From: Octopus sinensis
Taxonomy: Eukaryota
Reading direction: 5' to 3'
DNA length: 64,000 nt
Assembly (NCBI RefSeq): GCF_006345805.1
Contig: NC_043001.1
Coordinates: 93,806,001-93,870,000, forward strand
In this document: positions 52,825-64,000 of the stretch, in pieces
Layout of the letters: every line of letters starts with the position of its first letter
How positions within the stretch are numbered: position 1 is the stretch's first letter
Translations under genes and position numbers: made by a program
The notes under the pieces: model-generated
Seen by the model: the letters and a program-made list of their open reading frames with translations, nothing else
Databases searched by the model: none
What the model was told of the DNA's origin: nothing

Positions 52825-54949
52825 ACGTAAGAAGAGCAGTGAAAGTGTGTAAAGCTTCTATAATTATTCAACATTCATGACTTTAGTCTTGTTATCAACA
52901 TTTCAGTAATAGCTCTTTGTTCTGTTTAATCTAGGAACCTTTTGTGCTAAGATTTCGAAGTGTTAAAATTGTCACAAAATATCAAAGTGTTAAAAAATAC
53001 AATTAAAAAAAAAAACTTAAACATTAAACCTCCACGAGTGGATGTTTCCTTGCTTATTCACTCGTTGGGATTGTTTGGTAAGTGTTATAGTAGGCGTATA
53101 TTCAACAATAGAAAAGTGACAGTTTAGGAAAGGTGAGGCATGCGTCCTTTTCCTGAGAATATTAATACAATTTTTCCTCTCTTTCTGGTCTTCCGTTCTT
53201 TAAATAGATAACAAAGTTTAATGTATTAATGGACCGAGAGAGAACGGAAGTGAGAGGAACAATGTTAAGGTGACAAAGTGAGCCACAAAATAGGGAGGTG
53301 TTTCTAGGTTTTGTGTGAAACTGTCACAAAGATTATGATAAAGTTACTTAATATATTTCCAATATATGTTATTTGTAATGTTGACGATGTAAAATATGAA
53401 ATGTTACATTATAATTAACCAGTTAACTTCTGTAGGGAAGAAAAAAGTTACGTCCCAACATCACGATCCACTTTATCGTAACAGCTTCTGACAAGTGAAA
53501 ATTTTATTATGAATAATTGTTCTGTATATACATTTTTTTAGAAACAATAATTAATTTAACAGGCTCATAGTTTTATTTGCGAAAGGTTGAAAAACTAAAA
53601 TGGAAATAAAAACGGAGAAATATATGAAACGTTAATGAAACTGATGTTCTCAAGTGAATGCGTTTATCTAATTAAAAATTAAAATATAAGTTCTTCAATA
53701 TCTAAGCTTATTTCCAAGGCAGTTCGTTTCAAATGCTGATATTGCATCAATGATGAAATAGTCAGAAGTCTGATATATGTCATCAGATGTTTGATAGATG
53801 ATGCCGAACAGACCAAGAGAACAGAAAATTAAAAAAAATAATATTAAAATAAAATTAGAAACATCTCTCTTCTTATTCAATAACTGATTTACACCTGTTG
53901 TTGTAATGACATCTACTATAGAACACCAGCTAAGCCAACTTTTAAGGATGTGAAAAGCTTCATAATTGATAATCTGCCAGCGAAGATTTGTTGATCTTTT
54001 CCTTGTTTATTTTCTTTATTATTTTCCAGTCCCGTGACAGATGGGTAAATATCCATAGGATCAAAAGCTATTGGTTAGATGATCTGGCAACTTGCCAGAT
54101 ATATTGAATTACTTATGATCTATTTAGAATAAGATGTTTTATCTCATTTATTTACTTCAGTGTTAACGCTCAAGCTCAATGAATAGTATCAATGGCGGAA
54201 GTAAACGCTGCGTATATCTGAATGAAAGTGTATATGCGGTGGTGGAGGAAGCTGTCGAATAGATTATATTGTGGCAGCTATATATGAAAGAGTTTGAATG
54301 AAAATGTCAAAACTAGACAACGTGTCAGGAAGAGAAAGAAAAGCAAAGCGTACTTGCATATGTATCGTGTAAATGTATATTCCAAACCCTCATTCCCGAA
54401 CAATCACGATATTATGCCCTTAGTTAGGAATAACAAAGGAAATATCTTAATGAATATTCCTTTCTTTGCTTTCTGAAATTAGGCAATGCTCAACAACAAC
54501 TTTGGAAGATACATAATGCATTTCGCGAATGTGTAGGTAGATATATCTGATGCATGTCTTCAATGGCAAAATATATTATGTTAAACAATACACAATGCTA
54601 ACAAGCTAGGAACGAAAGAGATTAGCATATAACAAACAAGAAGCATCTAGGAAACGCATCTTAATAAAGAATTATGAATCTAAAGAATGTCCGGAACATA
54701 TTTTATGGTAAATTTCACGTTTTATGCACTTCTTTTGGATTTTTCCAACACAAATAATTTGAAACAATTATATATGTATATAAGTGAGATTATACGTGGA
54801 TGTATAAGCCATATAATATGCTATATTTATTGTCATATAATTGTGATATAGAATAATACACTATATACAGTAATGATAAATAATATCATGCAAATAATGA
54901 TATAAAATAGTATGCAATAATAAACAATGTAAAATAATATATATGTAAG

Positions 54950-55255
54950 CGGAGGCACATGGCTTAGTGGTTAGAGTAGCGGATTCGCGGTCCAGGGATC
55001 GCAGGTTCGAATATCAGTCCGGGCGATGTGTGCGTTTATGAGCGAAACACCTAAGCGCCATACAACTCCGGCAGAAGGTAATGACGAACATCTGCTGACT
55101 CTTTCACCACAACTTTCTCTCACTCTTTGTTCCTGCATCTTGGAGCTCACCTGCGATTGACTTCCCGTCCAGGCGGGGAACTTATACGGCAATGAAACCG
55201 GGAAGCCGGCCCTTATGAGCCAGGCATAGCTCGAGAAAGAGGAAACAACAATATA
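54950..55255 (+). mobile_element. tRNA-headed SINE, family B, with 11-bp TSD
   Basis: TGGCTTAGTGG A box and GGTTCGAATA B box. Direct repeat ATATATGTAAG at 54939-54949 and 55256-55266. Confidence 0.85.
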
Positions 55256-56154
55256 ATATATGTAAGGTATATTTATGTAAAATATATAACATACAATACA
55301 CATGAGGGTGCATGGCTTAGTGATTAGGGTGTTGAATTCGCGAGATTGTGGTTTCAATTCTTTGACTAGGTGAGGCGATTTTTAAAAATTATTTTAGCCA
55401 AATACTTCCTCTTACTTTGCCCCGCATTCACTTCTATACCTAATGCGTGGTACACCATGCACATGTACCTTTTCAGGCAACGTCGATTTGATGGAGTAAG
55501 TGAGCTAATGTACAGTACATAGTTTTTGATCACTATAAACAAATCATTTGTGCTAGTTGTTCGGCAACAAGCTGAACAATCATAGGTCTTCTTCGACAGG
55601 AGTGTCCGTCATCATATTAGTGCGTATGTATGACTAACACACTTTGAATATATGTTTATTTATAATAATGTTATACTAGGTTAAATCGAATGATCGTGGT
55701 AAAACACATTTTGTTAATTTCTAGGAAACTTTTATAGAAAATACAGATAAGTCGATAACTTATCAATAGGATTTAAAACAGTGATGCATCAAATATAGTT
55801 AGTTATTTCTCTACATTAGACAGAAAATTTCGATAAGATGAAAGATGCGATACAGCTCCCTTCCGAAAGCGACAAATTGTGCTCATAATACGATGCACAA
55901 ATCAATAAATATAAGGGATAGAAAAGATTGTCCGAGTGGTACAATTGTTTCAAGAGCACATCGGGTTTATCTTAAGAAATGTTATGGATCCCCATAATTG
56001 CCTATACATTTTTTCCTCAGGTACGTATCACTTTAAAGATACGTCGGGTGGTCTTTCGAATTGTAGTACTCGACGATTTTTCTATCCCTTATATTCACAC
56101 ACACATACCCACACACAAACACTCCACACACTCATGCACATGTGTAAGTATACT

Positions 56155-56268
<114 letters not shown>

Positions 56269-58056
56269 AATATATATACATATATATATATATAAAGAAT
56301 AAAATAGTATGTTACAATTAATATGCCACGTGGTTTAAGGACATAACCTATTACTGATTATGGAATTAGACCGTTGATAACATTCGAGTCAGGATCTCGG
56401 TAACAATAACTTGCTCGTATCGTTACGGGAAGATAAGATCTGATAAGTCTCACACATGCTTTCCTTATTTCTTTGATGAAAGCATCGAAAGACCAAATAA
56501 ATTAATAACTAAATAAATGAGATTAGAAAATGCTTGATTATAGTGGGTTCCCACGAAATTGATCTGGGATTTATACATTACAACAGCAAACATCAATAGC
56601 TGTTAATATAGGGATATTGTGTTGAAATATTGTCTCTTTGAATGTGTACTTTGCGTATTCAATACAAGATAAAGATTTTGTTCATTCATACATACATGCA
56701 TACATACATGCATGCATGCACACTGACATATTTTCATATATATATATATATAGCAACACACGCACACACACATACACACACCCATATATATATATGTTTA
56801 TTCCGCCCCCATATTACACACATATTACATAATCTTGTCAGGCGTGTGTGTCAGGCGATGTGTTGTATCTGTAGAAAATGATTAGCATGTGATATTTTCG
56901 ATAATTATTTCCAACCTAAATATCAATGGTAACAGGCGGTGTATATTATACAGAAAAGCGATTCATAGTTAATCTCCTCTCAGTGTAGCAATGCTAAGAC
57001 TGGACATGAGAGAAATCAATGCAATTCTTCGATTTTCTACATACGCAAACCGATGCCTTGTCAGTTTCAATGGTGTGCTACCAAGTGGGATGTATATAAG
57101 TTATTAATAAAGGCCAAACTGAAGATGATAGTAATGATATCGAAAACTAAGCAATAAGAACAAGATACAAATAAAACTCTGTGTGGAAGCTGGTTGTTGA
57201 GATTGAATGAATCTATGAATGCGTGAATGTGAGTTTATTGATAATAAAATGCATTATTTCATTCATCTGCTTGTGTGTATAATTATATATATTATTGAAT
57301 AAGCATATATATATATATATATATAATTATATGTATATTTATCTACAGATATATATGTCTGCGTGTATTTGTGAGTGTGTGTGTGTGTGTGTGAATTTAT
57401 GAATATGTATTCGTATAGCAAAATTCTGAGAGTGAAAGAGAAGAGTAGAGTGGCACATTGCTAATACGACGTAGATAGGTGCTTGTATAAAGACAAACAG
57501 ATAGAGAGATAGAAAACAGAAGATAGATTAACGAAATATAACAGGGAAACAAACAGCAAAGAGATTAAGATAAACAGAAAGGAAAGAGAATATAGAGATA
57601 GAATCGTAAAGTGGTATATACGGTTTTGATTAGGAGTATTATTCGATGGAATAACTTCGGTATAGTTAACAATATTAAGAGAAAATTATTTAAGCTGAAT
57701 AATCGGCTTCAATCAATATAGATATTGTTGAAAGGATGTAGATAAATTAAAAAATAAAAACATGTTGAGGCTACGAAGAGTAGGAGTAGGAGTACCGGTA
57801 GTAGCAACAGTATTAGAAGGGGAAAGAGAGAGTTAATATAAAGGATATTGAAACTAAAGAAAGAGGAATATTGGTTATTGTGTAAGGCCGAAGAATATAT
57901 CATAACTGATAAACATGGTTGAGGAACGAAACAGAGAGTGCAGTACGTGTTCTATATTAATACAAAGGTCGTGAAAAGGGGGAGACAGAGATATCTATGG
58001 CATATATACCTATTATAGTGTATATATATAGTTGTATACATGTATAAGAGTAAGGG

Positions 58057-58099
<43 letters not shown>

Positions 58100-58179
58100 A
58101 CACATATACACAAACATACATATATATAAATCGATATATATTTACATATAAATACCTAGATACATACATGCACGTATGT

Positions 58180-58224
<45 letters not shown>

Positions 58225-58825
58225 TCACTTCCTTTGTATTACTCTATACTACAAAGGGGCTGGGATTTATACAAAGGGGCTGCGACATACATGTACACAT
58301 ATGGACACAAACATTGAAAGAGCTACATACACTTATCTATATATACCCAAACACAAAAAATGACGGAATTACAAAAAGGGCCGTTGACAGAGAGATGGTG
58401 ACGTAGATTTGTGCAAGCTGAGTGGTAGTACGATTGATAACAGATTTCATTATGTTTATTCAACTTTATTTTATATAGATATAGATTTTTACGAGTTAAT
58501 CAATTTAATCAAATTACAGTAGTGTATGAAAATGTGGACTGATGCAAAAATATATTAGTGCTATATGTTGTATTAGTGTTAGTGGTCAACGAAGTTTCAT
58601 GTTGCTGAAACAGTTAAGTTGCCGCAGTAATTTATGCAAATCACAAACTGATATTACAGCGACCATCGGATGTTATCAAAAACAGTAAATTTTGTTTGTT
58701 TTTATTTTAGATTTGATTTTATACACTCCAAGACACGATTTAATCTACTAATTGCTATGTATGTATGTTTATATATATATATATGCATGTGTGTGTATAT
58801 ATATATTTTATATATACATACATAT

Positions 58826-58863
<38 letters not shown>

Positions 58864-58864
<1 letters not shown>

Positions 58865-59070
58865 GGGAGAGTTTACGAAAAAAAACAAAAGACGAAGACA
58901 GGTAGTGTACAAAAAAACAGATGTATTAGTATAACGCTCAGGAATAGAAAAAGTCTTTTACGTTTCGAGCCTACGCTCTTCTACAGAAAGGGACACAGAA
59001 AAAACAAGGAGAGAAACAAGGAGAGGAAAAATGTATGTAGTGGCTACCGATCTATCATGGCGACTGTATA
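58864..59070 (-). mobile_element. Short (TA)n-flanked element with hammerhead-like core (58955-58990)
   Basis: Minus strand CTTT|CTGTAGA|A|GAGC-GTAG-GCTC|GAAA|CG|T|A|AAAG, then CTGAGCGT and CTAATAC. Homologous to 15016-15184. Confidence 0.65.
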
Positions 59071-59283
59071 TATATATATAGACATACACACACAAACACA
59101 CAAACTCACGCACATATATATATATAATTATATATATACAAGTGAGTGAACAAACGAAAGAAGGGCACTCAACCAATATATTGGAAGTTCCATGTATGGA
59201 TCAAAACCATGTGATTCACGGTTGTTGGTACTCTTGAGTTTCAAGCGTGAGGCTAGCCGTCAGTCATTATGAATTTATATATA

Positions 59284-59489
59284 TATTTGTGAATTAAGGT
59301 TAAAATTTGTTTCATGTTAAAGAAAGGTGGAAAAGGTAGTGTTTTGACAATTTTTCGAGCTTATCACATGGAGGAAGGTGTTTGTCAAGGAACCTTACTC
59401 TCGGGTCTCTTGGTAGCCTTAATTCACAAATAAAGAAATTATAACGACAAATGTGATGTTGAGCACCGTTTTCATCCTTCGACATTTAC
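59284..59489. repeat. (TA)-flanked element with a 16-bp inverted copy at its 5' side
   Basis: TATTTGTGAATTAAGG (59284-59299) is the reverse complement of CCTTAATTCACAAATA (59417-59432). The tail continues ~57 nt to (TA)n. Confidence 0.6.
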
Positions 59490-59510
59490 GTATATATATA
59501 TATATATATG

Positions 59511-59607
<97 letters not shown>

Positions 59608-60425
59608 GTGTGTGTGTGTGTTATATTCTGTTGATCACAATGCACTGTTTAAGCTTTCTAACGATGATATCCGGCTGTTTAGTGACGCAGATAATCTTTT
59701 CCCCTTACTGAAGCGCTAGTCTGTGATAGGGTCACCAATTTGCAACTGGGAGGACCAGAACATAGTGCAATGCAGCGTTTTGCTCCAGAATGCAACAAAA
59801 TGCTTGTCAAGGAAGCGAAACCATGATTTCCAATAGTGAGTGCATCTCACCATGCACTAGGTCACCTGCCATCATGAATAATTACTAATTAATATTTTCA
59901 CTATTAAATTAGTGAAACATTTTCTGTGCTTATATTCTTAAGTACAAAACCTCACCTGGCGTATTTATCTTTGCTGTATAATGAAGATTTTGTGGCGCAT
60001 AGCGATTCCTCAAAGGAAGCAGCATCTGTTATATATAGCCTATAAATTCACTCATTTCGCTGAAGAAGCTATTATCTATTTTTAATTATTCGGCATCCTC
60101 TTGAGAATAAATTCTAATTCACGAAAAATTTTTCAGAGGCAATGTAGTTTATTTCTGGTGTTTATTTTTTGAATATTCAATATTTCATAGCATTAATACT
60201 TTAGAAGAGCAGTACTGTTACTGTCACACACGGAGTGCATCCTTAATACATTTCTGATTGTATGTATGTTTTTATTTATTTATGTAAGTGTGTATATATG
60301 CTCCTATGCATGTATGTATATGTATATATACATACATATATAAACATATATATGCGTATATATTCATATATATTTATATGTATCTATATATATTATATTG
60401 TATATATATATATATATAAATACTA

Positions 60426-60473
<48 letters not shown>

Positions 60474-61052
60474 AAATATACATATATATATATATATATA
60501 TAAACATATATATATATATATAAAAATATATATATATATATATATAATTACATAAACATATATATGTCTATATGTTTCTGTGCGTGTGTGTGTGTATATA
60601 CATACATATAATAAGAAACAGAAAAAGAAGAAACAGCCAGAAGAAGAGAGAGGAAGATGGAGACAGTGAAGAAAAAGAAACTCATGGTAAATTTTCTGTT
60701 TTTATCCATTTAAGATTTTTAAAAATCAAAAGGTTACACGCCGCTTACCTGAGCACCAAACCGACCCTTTAGGCCATCATTAAGAATTCCATTAACATCA
60801 AGCAAATCACGTACACTGCTGGATTTACTGGAAAACTTTGGAATATAATATTTTCCTGTAGCTTCAATTAGCCTATTCGCAATTAACCTGTTTTCAGGGT
60901 AATATTGGGTCTCAGTCAAACGGTGTAACGAATTACATATAATTGATGTACTTTTCTGAATGATAGCATTAAAAGCTCCAATCTTTTAACCCTTATTTAA
61001 AAAGACCGTGGCTTGAGTTGCAAATAATCAAGACATACATACACACGCGCGC

Positions 61053-61544
61053 GCGAGCAAGAATGGCTGTGTGGTAAGTAGCTTGCTTACCAGCCACATT
61101 GTTCCGGGTTCATTCCCAATACGTGGTACCTTCGGCAAGTGTCTTTTACTATAGCCTCGGGCCGACCAAAGCCTTGTGTGTGGATTTGGTAGATGGAGAC
61201 TGAAAGAAGCACGTTGTATATATATATATATATATATAATATATATTATATATAATATATATATATATATATAATATATTATATATGTATATATATATAT
61301 AATATATATATATATATGTGTATGTGTGTGTATATGTTTGTGTGTCTGTGTTTGTTCCCCCAACATCGCTTGACAACGATGCTGGTGTGTTTACGTCCCT
61401 GAACTTAGTGGTTCGGCAAAAGAGACCGATAGAATAAGTACTAGGCTTACAAAGAATAAGTTGAGGGGTCGATTTACTTAACTAAAGGCGGTGCTCCAGC
61501 ATGGCCACAGTCAAATGACTAAAACAACTAAAAGAGTAAAAGAG
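61053..61544 (+). mobile_element. tRNA-headed SINE, family A
   Basis: ATGGCTGTGTGGTAAGTAGC...GGGTTCATTCCC...CTTCGGCAAGTGTCTT...(TA)n...AAAGAGTAAAAGAG tail. Confidence 0.85.
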
Positions 61545-62831
61545 TATACATGCATACATACATATATACATACTACTGAAACAGAAAATTATTTTTAGAA
61601 AAACTGCTACATAGAAACGAGTAGTTTTAAGGTTCGCTGTTTAACTCTGCATCATAATTTATTCCTGACAATCTTTCTTTAAAGTTTTGGTTCTTTAAAG
61701 TTTATTATATTTAAACTGCTTTTGGTGGCGAGTGGTAAAAACGGAGGTGTCTCTGACAAATCCTTTGTTTGTACCATAAAGTTCTGAATTTGAATCCACT
61801 AAGGTTGTATCGCTTTTTCCATCACTTCAGAGATGCAAAATAGCTCTGCATTGTACGGTATTCAGTTGGTTATACGCCTTCACTACAAATGAAACGCCAT
61901 GTGATTATGGTTAGATATCAGCATGAACTTTTTTTATGTTGTCCCGAAACTTAGGATCTCTTAAGCATAATCTTTTCACCGCAATGCGAAGTGAAAATGA
62001 CGTCCAAATATTGCTATTGTGTAAATTTCGTGAAATGCAAAACGAAATCCCATTTAAAACGGTTGAACTACTCTGTAACAAGAAGCTAAAGAAGAGATTC
62101 TTACATAGATGCCAGTGCTACAGAATATCATCGGGTCATCAGCTCACCTTGTACTCCTATATATTTATTGTGATAAATCTTTCCATTTATCTCACAATTA
62201 CACGCGCACACAGAGATACCAACACATAGACATATTCGTAATTCATTTGGAGAATTGAGCTGCTAAAAGAAATAATATATGAAAGAGAGAACTACTAAAT
62301 ATCCTGTTTTAGACTATCGACTTTTCAGAGTCTTAAGTAAAATATAATAGTGAGAATTGCCATTTTGGAATATGATCTACATTCAAATACAATTTCCTTG
62401 AAATAATATATATTCATCTAATATCTTGATAGAATAGATAATTAAGCTTCCCAGTGAAAATGTGCAACTAATAACTTGTCCAGTCGTTTTATGATGTTGA
62501 AACTTGGTTAATCAAGAGATATAGCTATTTCATTGGAGTGAATATATAATATTTGCTTTCATCTAAGAATTATCTGAAAGACTTACTTCCAGAAGAATGG
62601 ATGTGAAGAAATGCCGCAATACAGGATATTGTTTAGTTAATGAAAATTTTCTTTCGAGATTACGTTTGAAATATGGGCAGAAGAAATATTCTAATTTGGG
62701 CGAGAAATTAATCTAAGGTTTCTAAATATATCAACGCAACTGTATACATACATATATACGAACGTACATACATATGTGTATATGTATAGATATACATACA
62801 AATGTAATTATATACGTATGCATCATTAGTG

Positions 62832-62863
<32 letters not shown>

Positions 62864-64000
62864 ATCTTGTAAATACCATTCCTATCATTATATAATTGGC
62901 ATCATTATCACTCAGAAATTACAGTAGATCCCAAATCCCATCATTTATATTTTTCATATATTCCTCCAATAATTATGGCGACTATAAAACTTATGACGAG
63001 AATAGCACAGGATTGTAGACTACGCAATAATTTTTATGTTGTTTTTGAATCGATTGTAGGACGGCGTCGTATCTTATGATATAAAATAAAGATTTGGGGT
63101 CTTCCTTCAACAAACCACTTTGAAGTATAGAAATAGATAATTCCATATATTTGCTCCTAAAATAACCAATGAGTATCATATATGTGTTACGGGTGTACAT
63201 ATAGAAGAACAGATTTATATCCAAACGCGTTTCAACTTATAACAATATATACGCTTGTGTGCCAATCTAGTTATCGCAGCACACACATACACACACGTAT
63301 ACACACATACACACACAAGCACACACACACATATAGGAAAGATGTTAGTATCACAGCGTGTTGTATATAGGAATGTGTATGTGTGAAATAGTTGTGTATT
63401 GATATATATCTGTTAGTGTTGCTGCGTTATATATGATCATGCAGACGTGTGTGTATATATAAATACGTGCTCATATGTATGCGCGAGCATAACTTAAGGC
63501 ATGTGATTCCGCGGTTCGATACGACTTAATCATATTTTGGGTATATTTCTTCTACCATAGCCTCGGAGTGACCAATACTTTGACAGTAAATGCGCGTGGA
63601 TGCATATCGATCTATATCGTTGCCAGCAACGCCGAGCAGTCAATATCGATAGAAAAAATAAATAACCGCAGAATCAGTCTAAAGTAATTATTGATAATTA
63701 ATGCAAAGATGCTCTTCTTTTTACTCTGTATCAATTTCGCCACTGGTTTTTCTCATTATGAAATTATAAATCATTATTTCTAATACTTAATTAACATTTC
63801 AGCACATTATCCCGAATCTTTTATTCCTTGAATCACCAAATTCTTATGTAGAGAAAATGAATCCTTTCAATATAGACTTCGTCTGTGAATAACTGAGAGT
63901 AAAATTCCCGCCTCTTCGACCCGCATTCCTTGTTTCACTAACGTACAATTAGATCGCACTTTCACAGCGTATCCTTATGGAGTATATATATCCCTAGTGT

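Overview
Eukaryotic, AT-rich, microsatellite-saturated non-coding DNA with (TA)n, (CA)n, (TATC)n and (ATT)n arrays. The SINE and repeat families look like those of octopus (cephalopod) genomes; that assignment is from my recall and is not database-verified. No intact host gene is supported, and nearly all ORFs in the track are microsatellite read-through. What I can support: a mariner (DD34D) with 30-bp TIRs inserted in a (TA)n tract; two decayed RTE-type LINEs; a Penelope-like RT + GIY-YIG remnant; three stacked Dong/R4-like fragments in (TAA)n arrays; another REL-endonuclease LINE 3' end split by a MITE; Helitron/Helentron-like non-autonomous elements; four tRNA-headed SINE families; and two tandem duplications with breakpoints in (TA)n. 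The most interesting signal is a dispersed set of ten minimal type-I hammerhead-ribozyme-like cores. Most sit in ~170-230 bp elements whose 3' ends abut (TA)n, and two form a ~340-bp near-perfect palindrome with one core on each strand. Seven copies share a conserved CTGAGCGT motif downstream of the core. Every core carries at least one deviation from the canonical hammerhead, so activity is a hypothesis.
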